From Actinomycetota bacterium (GTDB taxonomy: Bacteria; Actinomycetota; AC-67), in NCBI GenBank assembly GCA_044866075.1, contig JBIOTQ010000115.1:10607-74606 (forward strand): a stretch of 64,000 nt of DNA, given 5' to 3'. Each line of letters begins with the position of its first letter. Position 1 is the first letter of the stretch. The notes beneath the pieces were generated by a model, which saw only the letters and a list, made by a program, of their open reading frames with translations, had not been told where the DNA came from and made no database searches. Shown one piece after another: positions 31,029-41,272 of the stretch. A program made the translations under genes and the position numbers.

Positions 31029-32027
<999 letters not shown>

Positions 32028-32031
32028 TCCC

Positions 32032-32556
32032 TTACGCCCCCTTCTCCGCAAGGCGGAGCGACTTCTCGGCGATGCCGCGGTCGCCGCGCGCGAGCGCGAC
32101 GAGCCCGGTGCGCACGAACTCGCGGATCCCGTACGGCCGCAACAGATTCGTCATCGCCTCGAGTTTGTCCGGCGATCCGGTCGCTTCGATCGTCAGCGCG
32201 GCCGGCGCCACGTCGACGATCTTCGACCGGAAGATGTCGGCGATCTCAACGATCTGCGCGCGTGTGTCGGCGTTCGCCTTCACCTTGATCAACAGAAGCT
32301 CGCGCTCGACCGACGCTTCCTTCTCGAGCTCGACGATCTTGAGGATCGGCACCAGCTTGTTGAGCTGCTTCACGACCTGCTCCAGCGGCTTGTCCTCGAC
32401 GTTGACCACGATCGTCATGCGCGAGACGTCGTCGATCTCGGTCGGACCGACCGCCAGTGAGTCGATGTTGAAGCCGCGTCGTGCGAACAGCCCGGCGACG
32501 CGCGCGAGGACACCCGGCTTGTTCTCGACGAGGACGGACAGCGTGTGCTTGGCCAT
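32032..32556 (-). CDS. ilvN: acetolactate synthase small (regulatory) subunit
   Basis: [40 protein letters not shown]... ACT domain. ATG overlaps the ilvB stop (TGATG). Confidence 0.9.
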   Translation of the reverse strand: MAKHTLSVLVENKPGVLARVAGLFARRGFNIDSLAVGPTEIDDVSRMTIVVNVEDKPLEQVVKQLNKLVPILKIVELEKEASVERELLLIKVKANADTRAQIVEIADIFRSKIVDVAPAALTIEATGSPDKLEAMTNLLRPYGIREFVRTGLVALARGDRGIAEKSLRLAEKGA

Positions 32557-34310
32557 CAGATGATCGCCTCCGGGGTGTCGACCAGGATGTCCTGGTGCGC
32601 TTTCTCGTACTCGGGCCCCAGGATGATGTCGTCGTTCGACGCGCCGGCCGGGACCATCGGGTAGCACTTCTCTTCGGGGTCGCAACGGAAGTCGATCACG
32701 ACGGTGCGGTCGTCAATCTCCGTGGCTTTGCGGATCGTCGCCTCGACCTCACCGGGGTTCTCGCAGCGCAGGCCGATCGCGCCGTAGGCCTCGGCGAGCT
32801 TCACGTAGTCGGGAACCTCGTAGCCGAACTCGACGGCCGAAAAGCGCTTCTCGTAGAAGAGCTCCTGCCACTGGCGGACCATCCCGAGGAACGCGTTGTT
32901 GATGATCGCGATCTTCACCGGGATGTTCTCGGTAGTCATCGTGGCGAGCTCCTGGCACGTCATCTGGAAACAGCCGTCGCCGTCGATCGCCCAGACGGTC
33001 TCGTCGGGCCGGCCGACCTTCGCGCCCATCGCTGCGGGAACGGCGTAGCCCATCGTGCCGAGGCCGCCCGAGTTGAGCCACGTGTTCGGCCGCTTGAAGC
33101 GGATGTACTGCGAGGCCCACATCTGGTGCTGACCCACGCCGGCCACATACACGGCGTCGCCCTTCGAGATCTTGCCGATCTGCTCGATGACGTACTCCGG
33201 CTTCAGCTTGCCGTCCGGCTCTTGCGTGTACATGTAGGGGTACTTCTTCTTCCAGGCCATGACCGTCTTTGTCCACTCGGGATACTCCGGGCGGCCGCGC
33301 TCCTCGATCATCTGCTCGAGCGTCTCGTTGAGGTCGTGGATCACGTTGCGCGCGTCGCCGACGATCGGCACGTCGACCGGGCGGTTCTTACCGATCTCTG
33401 CCGGGTCGATGTCGGCGTGGATGATCTTGGCGCTCGGCGCGAACGTGGCGAGCTTGCCCGTCACGCGGTCGTCGAAGCGCACGCCGAGGGAGACCAGCAG
33501 ATCCGCCTTCTGCATCGCCGTGACCGCCGTGTAGTTGCCGTGCATGCCCGGCATGCCGAGGCACAGCTCATGGTCGTCGGGGATGCCGCCGCGGCCCATC
33601 AGCGTCGTCACCGTCGGGATCCCCGTCAGCTCGACCAGGCGCCGGAGCTCGTCGGCCGCGCCGGCCCGGATGATGCCGCCGCCCGCGTAGATGACCGGCC
33701 GCTGCGCGGACAGGATCAGCTTTGCAGCTTCGCGGATCTGCTTCGGGTTGCCTTTGACGGTCGGACGGTAGCCGGGGAGATCGACCTCCTCCGGGTACCA
33801 CCACGCCATGTCGGTCTGCAGGACGTCCTTCGGGATGTCGACGAGGACCGGGCCCGGCCGCCCGCTGCGCGCGATGTGGAACGCTTCGGCGATCGTTTGC
33901 GGGATGTCCTGCGCGTCGAGGACCAGGAAGTTGTGCTTCGTCACCGGCATGGTGATGCCGGTCGCGTCGCATTCCTGGAACGCGTCGCCGCCGACCGCCC
34001 AGGTCGGCACCTGGCCGGTGATCGCGACGATCGGGACGGAGTCCATGTACGCGCTCGCGAGCCCGGTGACGAGGTTCGTCACGCCGGGGCCCGACGTCGC
34101 CATGCACACGCCGACCTCGCCGGTGGCTTGCGCGTAGCCGTCGGCGGCGTGCGCGGCGCCCTGCTCGTGCCGGCAGAGGATGTGGCGGATCGGCGAGTCG
34201 AGTATCGGGTCGTACGCCGGGAGGATCGCGCCGCCGGGGATCCCGAAGATGACCTCGACCCCCTCCTGTTCCAGCGAGCGGATCGTGGCTTGGGCTCCGG
34301 TGATCTTCAC
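32556..34310 (-). CDS. ilvB: acetolactate synthase large subunit
   Basis: [34 protein letters not shown]... TPP enzyme. GTG at 34310 preceded by AGGAGA; the track start at 34481 is an upstream extension. Confidence 0.9.
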   Translation of the reverse strand: MKITGAQATIRSLEQEGVEVIFGIPGGAILPAYDPILDSPIRHILCRHEQGAAHAADGYAQATGEVGVCMATSGPGVTNLVTGLASAYMDSVPIVAITGQVPTWAVGGDAFQECDATGITMPVTKHNFLVLDAQDIPQTIAEAFHIARSGRPGPVLVDIPKDVLQTDMAWWYPEEVDLPGYRPTVKGNPKQIREAAKLILSAQRPVIYAGGGIIRAGAADELRRLVELTGIPTVTTLMGRGGIPDDHELCLGMPGMHGNYTAVTAMQKADLLVSLGVRFDDRVTGKLATFAPSAKIIHADIDPAEIGKNRPVDVPIVGDARNVIHDLNETLEQMIEERGRPEYPEWTKTVMAWKKKYPYMYTQEPDGKLKPEYVIEQIGKISKGDAVYVAGVGQHQMWASQYIRFKRPNTWLNSGGLGTMGYAVPAAMGAKVGRPDETVWAIDGDGCFQMTCQELATMTTENIPVKIAIINNAFLGMVRQWQELFYEKRFSAVEFGYEVPDYVKLAEAYGAIGLRCENPGEVEATIRKATEIDDRTVVIDFRCDPEEKCYPMVPAGASNDDIILGPEYEKAHQDILVDTPEAII

Positions 34311-34332
34311 GGCTGCATCACTCTCCTGATCT

Positions 34333-34929
34333 CTAGTTCGGCGACATTCGTTCGGACGTGCGGGCGACCTCGCGGATGACATCGTGCGCTTCGGCGACGC
34401 GCACGCCGACCGCGGCGAGATCTGCCAGGTTGACGCGGTGGGTCTCGTCGTTGCTCGCGGCCAGCGCGTCGGCCACGGCAACGATGTCGTAGTCGAGGCC
34501 GATGGCGTCGTACATCGTCATCCGGGGGCAGTTCGGCAGGTTGACACCGACGACGACGATCTTGGAGACGCCGGCCCGGCGCAGCAGCAGATCGAGCTCG
34601 GTGAACGCGAACGCGCTGAAACGCTGCTTCACGACGACCGGCTCGCCGGGCTCCGGCACCAAGCGGTCGACGATCTGCTGGCCCCAGGTGCGCTCGACCG
34701 TGAACCCGCGGTCGGCCTGGAACGCGGGCACCCGGAAGCGCTCGACGTCCCACGTGTCGGCGCGGTACGAGCGGACCACGTGGATGACCGGCTCCCGCGC
34801 CTCACGGAACGCATCCAGGATCGCGTTCATGACCGGCGCTTTGTGCGCCGCGTCCGGCATGAACGCCTTCCCGTCGGCGTGGGCGAGGTCGTTCTGCATG
34901 TCGATGATCAGAAGAGCGGTGCGGCCCAT
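34333..34929 (-). CDS. isochorismatase-family (cysteine hydrolase) protein, first gene of the ilv transcription unit
   Basis: [15 protein letters not shown]...[14 protein letters not shown] isochorismatase-like D/K/C motif. GGGAG RBS before the ATG at 34929. 22 nt upstream of ilvB. Confidence 0.75.
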   Translation of the reverse strand: MGRTALLIIDMQNDLAHADGKAFMPDAAHKAPVMNAILDAFREAREPVIHVVRSYRADTWDVERFRVPAFQADRGFTVERTWGQQIVDRLVPEPGEPVVVKQRFSAFAFTELDLLLRRAGVSKIVVVGVNLPNCPRMTMYDAIGLDYDIVAVADALAASNDETHRVNLADLAAVGVRVAEAHDVIREVARTSERMSPN

Positions 34930-34946
34930 TTCCAACTCCCTGGAAC

Positions 34947-34976
34947 GAAAAAACCTCTCGGCTTCCGAGAGGTTCA
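34947..34976 (-). terminator. attenuator terminator (hairpin + U-tract) between the ilv leader peptide and the operon
   Basis: Minus strand reads AACCTCTCGG-aag-CCGAGAGGTT followed by TTTTT, 29 nt downstream of the leader-peptide stop and about 20 nt upstream of the first gene's start. Confidence 0.6.
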
Positions 34977-35002
34977 CGCGCACGCCCGAGGCGAGCGCGT
35001 GG

Positions 35003-35053
35003 TCAGATAACGACTACGAGAACGCTCGCGCTACGCATCTCCTCGGGCTTCAT
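35003..35053 (-). CDS. ilv operon leader peptide MKPEEMRSASVLVVVI
   Basis: 16 codons ending in Val-Leu-Val-Val-Val-Ile before TGA. Preceded about 33 nt upstream by TTGACA, so the transcript is probably leaderless or has a very short 5' UTR. Confidence 0.6.
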   Translation of the reverse strand: MKPEEMRSASVLVVVI

Positions 35054-35108
35054 GGTAGGCGCTATCGTGCCAGCCCGCCCGGAAGGTGTCAACTGGCATC
35101 CGCGCAGG

Positions 35109-35504
35109 TCAGGCACTGTGACGCGCCGGAGGCAGCTCCGTGAGCGCCGCCTGCGCCGCGGCGAGCGCTTCCTTCGTATCGACGCCGAGCTGGCTCGCGC
35201 GCACCGCGAAGGAGTGCGCCGCCTGCCGGAGCTGTTCGAGCGATTCCTTCGGTCGCGGCCGGCTTCTGCCTCCCTCGATGAAGGTTCCGTGCCGGCCGCG
35301 CGTGACGATGAGGCCTTGATCCTCGAGCTCGCGGTACGCGCGCGCGACGGTTCCACCGGCCAGCGCCAGATCGTCTGCGAGCTGCCGGATCGGAGGCAGA
35401 CGCATTCCGTCGGCGAGCACGCCGCTCGCGATCATGCTGGCGACCTGCGAGCGGATCTGCTCGTAGGGCGGGACCGGTGAATCGGGGTCAATGCTGAGGA
35501 TCAC
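35109..35504 (-). CDS. GntR-family (short, YtrA-like) transcriptional regulator
   Basis: PYEQIRSQVASMIASGVLADGMRLPPIRQLADDLALAGGTVARAYRELEDQGLIVTRGRHGTFI wHTH. GTG at 35504 after AGGAGG, overlapping the stop of the upstream membrane-protein gene (GTGA). Confidence 0.7.
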   Translation of the reverse strand: MILSIDPDSPVPPYEQIRSQVASMIASGVLADGMRLPPIRQLADDLALAGGTVARAYRELEDQGLIVTRGRHGTFIEGGRSRPRPKESLEQLRQAAHSFAVRASQLGVDTKEALAAAQAALTELPPARHSA

Positions 35505-36469
35505 GCCGCGACCTCCTGCCGTCGTTGCGTACGCCGGACCACCCACTTCTGGTCGATGCCCAGGTGCAACCACGAGAACACAGCAGCTATCCCGCAGATG
35601 AGGCTCGCGAGTCCGAGCAACGAGTGGAAGGAGCCGCCGCTCGTGAATGTCGTCCACTGACCGGCCAGCCGCGAGAGGATCCCGAATTGCAGCGCGAGCC
35701 CCGCGCCGACGACAGCATGCATACCTGTCGAGCGGATGGCGTCGTCGGCTTCCACGAGTCCCTCGGAGACGGCCGGCTGCGGCCGGTGCACGATCCGACG
35801 CGTGGTGACCTCAACGATGATGACAAGAAGGATCGCGATCCCGCCCCACGCGAGAGCCTCGCCGAGATCGGGCCGCGTTCCGAGATTGTCCCCGCGAAAT
35901 GCCGGATGGCCCTTCGGTATGAGCTGCCACACGGCAACGAGAGCGACGGTTGCGAGAGACACGGAACGCATCAGGATCGTCGCGACGGGAGTGATGTAGT
36001 CGTTGATCCGCCGCGGCGCGAGGGCAGCGGCACGCGGCGCACCCGGCTGCGGACGGAACGCCCAGAGTTCGGCGATCGCCGCCCCCAGGAGATAGCCGCC
36101 GAACACCGCGCGCAACCCGCCAACGCCCGCCTTGTCCTGCCCAACGGCGACACCCACGATCACATAGGTGGCGTACCCGACCAACCCGCCGGCCGCACGG
36201 AAGCGCCTGCCGCGACGGAGGTAGCGGTGCACGACCTCCCGGTTTTCGTCCGTGATGGCGACCCCGTGCTTCTTCGTCCACCCTTTCAGGTAGTCCTCGC
36301 GAAGGAAGAACCCGTCGCGGATGATGAACGCGGCGACCGTCAGCAGCACGCCCACGGTGATGGCCTCGATCATGCCAAAACCCCACAGGTAGACGGACGA
36401 GAGCAGGAGGCCGATCACGATGATCGGCGGCGCGGCGAAGGACAGGATCTTCTTGGTCGTTGCGTTCAT
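35501..36469 (-). CDS. polytopic membrane protein (hypothetical), co-transcribed with the GntR regulator
   Basis: ATG at 36469. About 8 TM helices. I recognise no known family. Confidence 0.5.
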   Translation of the reverse strand: MNATTKKILSFAAPPIIVIGLLLSSVYLWGFGMIEAITVGVLLTVAAFIIRDGFFLREDYLKGWTKKHGVAITDENREVVHRYLRRGRRFRAAGGLVGYATYVIVGVAVGQDKAGVGGLRAVFGGYLLGAAIAELWAFRPQPGAPRAAALAPRRINDYITPVATILMRSVSLATVALVAVWQLIPKGHPAFRGDNLGTRPDLGEALAWGGIAILLVIIVEVTTRRIVHRPQPAVSEGLVEADDAIRSTGMHAVVGAGLALQFGILSRLAGQWTTFTSGGSFHSLLGLASLICGIAAVFSWLHLGIDQKWVVRRTQRRQEVAA

Positions 36470-36499
36470 CGCACCCACCCCCCCAGGCTCCCGTAGCCC

Positions 36500-36529
36500 T
36501 TTGTATCAACGCCTCAATACAATAATACA
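36500..36529. promoter_or_regulatory. AT-rich repeat element TTGTAT-N10-ATACAA-TA-ATACAA (candidate GntR operator/promoter)
   Basis: Stands out as a low-GC island in a 70% GC genome, directly upstream of the membrane-protein/GntR operon. Confidence 0.3.
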
Positions 36530-36607
36530 AAGTAGAAGGCTGTCAAGAGGAATCTTGGGGCCTAGGCGGTGCGGGCCAAGCGACGGAGACGGGACTCTTA
36601 GACCTCG

Positions 36608-38293
36608 TCAGCCGCAGACGGCTCCGCGGCTCGCGCTCGAGACAAGACGCGCGTATTTGGCCAGCGCGCCCGTCGTATAGCGCGGGGGTGGCGGCGACCA
36701 ATCCTGGAGCCGCAACGCGATCTGGTCCACCGGCACGTCCATGTCGAGGCGGCGGTTCGGGATGTCGAGGATGATCTGATCGCCTTCGCGGAGGAGGCCG
36801 ATCGGACCGCCGTCCGTCGCCTCAGGAGCGATGTGCGCAACCATGTTGCCGTGGGTCGCGCCGGAGAAGCGGCCGTCGGTGATGAGGCACACGTGGTCGC
36901 CGAGACCGGCGCCGTTCACGGCGCTCGTAACGGCCAGCATCTCGCGCATGCCGGGGCCACCGCGCGGCCCCTCGTAACGGATCACGATCACGTCGCCGCG
37001 CTTGATACGTCCCTGCACGACCGCGTCGAACGCGTCCTCTTCGCGGTCGAAAACCCGGGCCGGGCCTTTGAAGACGGTGTCGTGCAGGCCGGCCATCTTC
37101 GCGACGCACCCCTCCGGCGCGAGCGAGCCGCGCAGGATGGCGAAGCCTCCCATCGCGGAGATCGGTTCGGCGAGCGGGTGGACGACCTCGCGATTGGTCG
37201 GCGTCCCCGCGCCTTCTAGGTTCTCCGCCACCGTCTTGCCGGTGACCGTCAGTGCGTCGCCGTCGATGAGTCCGGCGTCGAGCATCTCGCGCATGATCGC
37301 CGGGATGCCGCCCGCGCGATCGATGTCGAGCATGACGAAGCGGCCCCACGGTTTCATGTCGGCGATGATCGGCGTCCGGCGGGCGATGCGGTCGAAGTCG
37401 TCGATCTCGAGCTCGGCGCCGACCTCGTTCGCGATGGCGAGGAGATGCAGGACGGCGTTCGTCGATCCTCCACAAGCGACGACGACGGCGATGGCGTTCT
37501 CGAGCGCGGTCTTCGTGATGATGTCGCGCGGCGTGATGCCCAACTCGAGGAGGTTCAGCACCGCTTCGCCGCTCGCACGCCCGAACGCGTCGCGCCGCGG
37601 ATCGACGGCGGCGGGGCTTGCGCTTCCGGGCAACGAAACGCCGAGCGCCTCGAGCGCGGTGGCCATCGTGTTGGCGGTAAACATCCCACCGCACGCGCCC
37701 GCACCGGGGCAGGCGTTCCGTTCCAGCTCCCGAAGGTCGTCGTCGCTCATCGTTCCCGCCGCGTGCGCGCCGACCGCTTCGAAGACGTCTTGGATCGTCA
37801 CGTCGTGGCCCTGGAACTGCCCGGGGAGGATCGTGCCGCCGTAGAGGAACACGCTCGGCAGGTTGAGCCGGGCGGCTCCCATCACCATGCCGGGCAGCGA
37901 CTTGTCGCACCCAGCGATGGTGACGAGGCCGTCGAAGCGTTCGGCGTGCGCGACGAGCTCGACCGAATCCGCGATGATCTCGCGACTCACGAGCGATGCG
38001 CGCATGCCTTCGTGGCCCATCGAGATGCCGTCCGACACCGCGATCGTCGTGAACTCGACCGGCACTCCCCCGGCCGCGCGCGCGCCCTCCTTCGCCGCTT
38101 TCGCGACGCGGTCGAGGTTGAAGTTGCAAGGGGTCACCTCGTTCCAGGAGGAGGCGACGCCGATCTGCGGTTTGTTGAAGTCCTCTTCCGAGAAACCGAC
38201 GGCCCGGAGCATCGCGCGGGCCGGCGCGCGCGCCGGGCCCTCGGTCACCTCGCGGCTGCGGTGGCGCGGGTCGGCTTTCGTTCTCTGGGGCAT
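36608..38293 (-). CDS. ilvD: dihydroxy-acid dehydratase
   Basis: 561 aa, IlvD/EDD family throughout ([18 protein letters not shown]...). Confidence 0.95.
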   Translation of the reverse strand: MPQRTKADPRHRSREVTEGPARAPARAMLRAVGFSEEDFNKPQIGVASSWNEVTPCNFNLDRVAKAAKEGARAAGGVPVEFTTIAVSDGISMGHEGMRASLVSREIIADSVELVAHAERFDGLVTIAGCDKSLPGMVMGAARLNLPSVFLYGGTILPGQFQGHDVTIQDVFEAVGAHAAGTMSDDDLRELERNACPGAGACGGMFTANTMATALEALGVSLPGSASPAAVDPRRDAFGRASGEAVLNLLELGITPRDIITKTALENAIAVVVACGGSTNAVLHLLAIANEVGAELEIDDFDRIARRTPIIADMKPWGRFVMLDIDRAGGIPAIMREMLDAGLIDGDALTVTGKTVAENLEGAGTPTNREVVHPLAEPISAMGGFAILRGSLAPEGCVAKMAGLHDTVFKGPARVFDREEDAFDAVVQGRIKRGDVIVIRYEGPRGGPGMREMLAVTSAVNGAGLGDHVCLITDGRFSGATHGNMVAHIAPEATDGGPIGLLREGDQIILDIPNRRLDMDVPVDQIALRLQDWSPPPPRYTTGALAKYARLVSSASRGAVCG

Positions 38294-38371
38294 CGCGCGA
38301 AAGGATACCGGCTCCGCCCACCGTTCGGTCCCGAAGGGCCGCGGGCGACGAGGCTCGAATATCCTCGGGCT

Positions 38372-39373
38372 ATGAGACGGCGCTCGGGGGCGCGGATCCT
38401 CCTAGGGTGTGTTGCGCTGGGCGTCCTCGTTCCGTCCTGCCTCTTCGTGCCGGGCAACAACCCCGTCGACGCCTATCGGTCGGCGCGGAGGCTGGCGGAG
38501 TTCGATGAGGTGGACCCAAGGATTCCGCACATCACGATCGTGCTCCACGCGTTCCGCGAGGACGCGATCGACGTCTATTCGCCCGGCTCTGAGGAAGAAC
38601 AGATCTTTATCGCCGAGGCTGCCGCGGCATCCTTCGGTGAATCGTTCCCCGTCGCGGAGCCGAACTTCTTCGAGGACAACCGCGCGGATGTGCAGCTCGG
38701 GCACAGGCTGCTCAAACGTGAGGGAGACCTCTACACCCTGACCGTGCCGACTCAGGGACTGCAGGCCGCGGTCGAGAGCCGTGAATACTCGGGTTTCGAT
38801 CTCCTCATCTGTCCGCCGAATGCAGAAGCCGTCTTCCTCGCTTCCCGACCTCCGGATTTCGAGGCGTGTATCAACGGCCGGGCATGGGAGGTCGGCGACG
38901 AGCGCCTGACCGTCACGGTGACCGTCCGTCCACGAACCGCCCACTACCTCATCTTCGTGGCCTCGGTCATCCTCGGCCTCGTGCTGCTGGGCGCGCTCGC
39001 ATGGTTCGTCGGGAGCCGCTTGCGCGAGGGGCCGTTCCGGAACCGAACCTCGTCGGCGGTCGCGCTCGGCCTGATCGTCGGGGTGCTCGCGGGAGGCGGC
39101 GTCGCGTGGTCGATCGCCAGCGCGGCGATGCAGCTGGGCCCCTCCGACAACATCGCCCTTTCGAAGGACCTCGGGGTCGGTCTTTATGCCTTGTCGGCCG
39201 CCCTCCCCGCTCTGGCGGGGGCGATCCCCGGCCTCATCTTCCTGATCCTTCTGGTGAAACGGCGGCCGTGGCCGGATCAGCTCAGACCGGAACTGCCGGC
39301 GTTCCCGCCACCCCCGCCGCCCGGCGGCCCCGGATCATCTCCACCGCCGCCGCTTCCGTTCGGCGGTCGCTAG
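38372..39373 (+). CDS. lipoprotein/membrane protein with C-terminal TM helices and proline-rich tail (hypothetical)
   Basis: ATG at 38372. [17 protein letters not shown] signal and possible lipobox, a ~200-aa extracytoplasmic domain, 3 TM helices, and a C-terminal [19 protein letters not shown] tail. Confidence 0.5.
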   Translation: MRRRSGARILLGCVALGVLVPSCLFVPGNNPVDAYRSARRLAEFDEVDPRIPHITIVLHAFREDAIDVYSPGSEEEQIFIAEAAAASFGESFPVAEPNFFEDNRADVQLGHRLLKREGDLYTLTVPTQGLQAAVESREYSGFDLLICPPNAEAVFLASRPPDFEACINGRAWEVGDERLTVTVTVRPRTAHYLIFVASVILGLVLLGALAWFVGSRLREGPFRNRTSSAVALGLIVGVLAGGGVAWSIASAAMQLGPSDNIALSKDLGVGLYALSAALPALAGAIPGLIFLILLVKRRPWPDQLRPELPAFPPPPPPGGPGSSPPPPLPFGGR

Positions 39374-40113
39374 GAGGGTCCGGCCACGCCGGGTGTTCCG
39401 GGCGGGGTCGGCGCCGGGCCTTCCCACACGGGAGCACCTCCGGCGTCGATGCCGAGCCCTCGCAGGAGCGCATCCTCCATCGCTTCGTCGTCGTCGAAAT
39501 GTCCGTTGCCGTCCCCCATCGTCTTGTACCGCCACACCATCCCCCAGATTCCCGCGGTGATGATGGTCAGGAAGATGTACAGTCCGGTGCTCCGTCTCTG
39601 CACGGGTTTCCGTCGCGGCGGGATCGCAGAGGACATCCCGAGCTTCTGCATGATCCACTCGGCGTTCGCTGCGTAACTCGACTCCCATTCGTCGAAGAAG
39701 ATCAGATCCCTGTTGAGGAAGTGGTTGATGTAGGCGCCGACCAAGATCCCCACGTAGGGGATGAAGCGGAGGATCATCCAGAGCACAGGCTCGCGCTTGT
39801 TGCGAAGCTCGAAGGCGTCGATCTGCTGGTAGATACGCGACAGATTGTCGAGTCCTTCGGCGACCTCTTCCCGACGGCCGGCCGACTCGGCACGCGTGTT
39901 GAGCGTGTGCCAGAAGTACGACATGAACGCGAGCCGGCGTCGCGCGTGCTCGCTGCGTCGCTGGACGAGGCGGTAGGTCCCGTAATGCACGTAGAAACCG
40001 AACGTGATGATCGTCCAGCCGAGATAGCTCCAGTAGTTGAAGCGATAGTCGGTCTCGCCTCGTCTGCGAACCTCGGCGACGAGGAATTGTTCGTAGCTAA
40101 GTTGCGTAGCCAT
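39370..40113 (-). CDS. DUF4234-like membrane protein, paralog 2 (internal duplication)
   Basis: Two internal segments with the GxY...WxY-type DUF4234 signature (YWSYLGWTIITFGFYVHYGTY and LYIFLTIITAGIWGMVWRYKT), plus a Pro/Gly-rich tail. About 80% identical to the upstream paralog. Confidence 0.6.
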   Translation of the reverse strand: MATQLSYEQFLVAEVRRRGETDYRFNYWSYLGWTIITFGFYVHYGTYRLVQRRSEHARRRLAFMSYFWHTLNTRAESAGRREEVAEGLDNLSRIYQQIDAFELRNKREPVLWMILRFIPYVGILVGAYINHFLNRDLIFFDEWESSYAANAEWIMQKLGMSSAIPPRRKPVQRRSTGLYIFLTIITAGIWGMVWRYKTMGDGNGHFDDDEAMEDALLRGLGIDAGGAPVWEGPAPTPPGTPGVAGPS

Positions 40114-40940
40114 CAGGGCCGGTCCCGCGGCGCTTGGGGAGGCGGCAGGTGGCCGCTAGGCCCGAACTGGTGGCTCTCGTGCAGTGGCAGGGGCCCCGGG
40201 AGATCGGCCGGCGGTTCTCCAACGCCGGGTGTGCCCGGGGGGTTCACGAAGCCTGATCCCCACGCGGGAACGGCGCCCGGATCGACGCCAATCCCCCGCA
40301 GCAGCGCGTCCTCCATCGCGGCGTCGTCGTCGAAGTGGCCGTTCCCGTCGATCATGGTCTGGTACCGCCAAACGAGCGAGAAGATGCCGAACGTGATGAC
40401 GGTCAAGAATACGTACAGCCCGGTGCTCCGATTGTGCACCGGTCTCGCTCTCTTCGGCACCGACACGGACATGCCGAGTCGCTGCATCACCCATTCGGCG
40501 TTGGCCGCGTAGCTCGACTCCCACTCGTCGAGGAAAACGAAGTCCTTGTTCAAGAAATGGTTGATGTAGGCGCCGACGGGCCCGAAGACAAGGCGCAGGA
40601 TCATCCAGAGGATCGACTCGCGTTTGTTGCGCAAGTCGTACGCGTCGACCTGCTGGTAGATCCGGGAGAGGTTGTCGAGACCCTCCGCGACCTCGTCGCG
40701 GCGGCCCGAGGATTCGGCGCGCTGGTTGAGCGTGTGCCAGAAGTAGGACATGAACGCCAGGCGCCGGCGAACGTGCTGCGCCCGGCGCTCGACGAGCTTG
40801 TAGGTCCCGTAGTGGCCGTAATAGGTGAACGTCAGGATGGTCCAGCCGAGGTAGCTCCAGTAGTTGAAGCGGTAGTCGGTTGCGTCGCGGCGACGCACCT
40901 CCGCCACCAGGAATTGTTCGTAGGTGAGCTGCTGACTCAC
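40113..40940 (-). CDS. DUF4234-like membrane protein, paralog 1
   Basis: MSQQLTYEQFLVAEVRRRDATDYRFNYWSYLGWTILTF.... The start of paralog 2 overlaps its stop (TGATG). Confidence 0.6.
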   Translation of the reverse strand: MSQQLTYEQFLVAEVRRRDATDYRFNYWSYLGWTILTFTYYGHYGTYKLVERRAQHVRRRLAFMSYFWHTLNQRAESSGRRDEVAEGLDNLSRIYQQVDAYDLRNKRESILWMILRLVFGPVGAYINHFLNKDFVFLDEWESSYAANAEWVMQRLGMSVSVPKRARPVHNRSTGLYVFLTVITFGIFSLVWRYQTMIDGNGHFDDDAAMEDALLRGIGVDPGAVPAWGSGFVNPPGTPGVGEPPADLPGPLPLHESHQFGPSGHLPPPQAPRDRP

Positions 40941-41001
40941 TGCGCCCTCCTTCGGCCGGGGCTAGCCTCACGTACGGGAGGGACAAGGTCAAACGAGTTC
41001 G

Positions 41002-41196
41002 TCAGAGGATCGCGCGGCACCATGAGCAGCGCGCCGGCGGGTCCCGGCGCGCGTCGTAGATGTTCGGCCTCTGACAGTTCCAACAGTGGACCGACGCGAC
41101 GGCCGGCGTTGGCGATGAGGGCGGCCGGCTCGCGTGGTAGCCGGCGAGGAGCTTGTCGAGCTCGGGGTCGGCGCGCTTGCGGCGGCGGAAAGGCAT
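41002..41196 (-). CDS. small zinc-ribbon protein (CxxC...CxxC), hypothetical
   Basis: ATG at 41196 after GGGGGG. 64 aa: MPFRRRKRADPELDKLLAGYHASRPP...HCWNCQRPNIYDARRDPPARCSWCRAIL. Confidence 0.4.
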   Translation of the reverse strand: MPFRRRKRADPELDKLLAGYHASRPPSSPTPAVASVHCWNCQRPNIYDARRDPPARCSWCRAIL

Positions 41197-41272
41197 CTCG
41201 CGACCCCCCGGGAGCGGATCCAACGTTCACCCGAGAGTAAACGCCGGGCGCCCGAAAGGCGAAACTCGGCCG

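Noticed and set aside
37445-38371. N-terminal 309 codons of the annotated 642-aa plus-strand ORF
   Set aside because: Antisense to ilvD. The genuine gene begins at ATG 38372 with a signal peptide.
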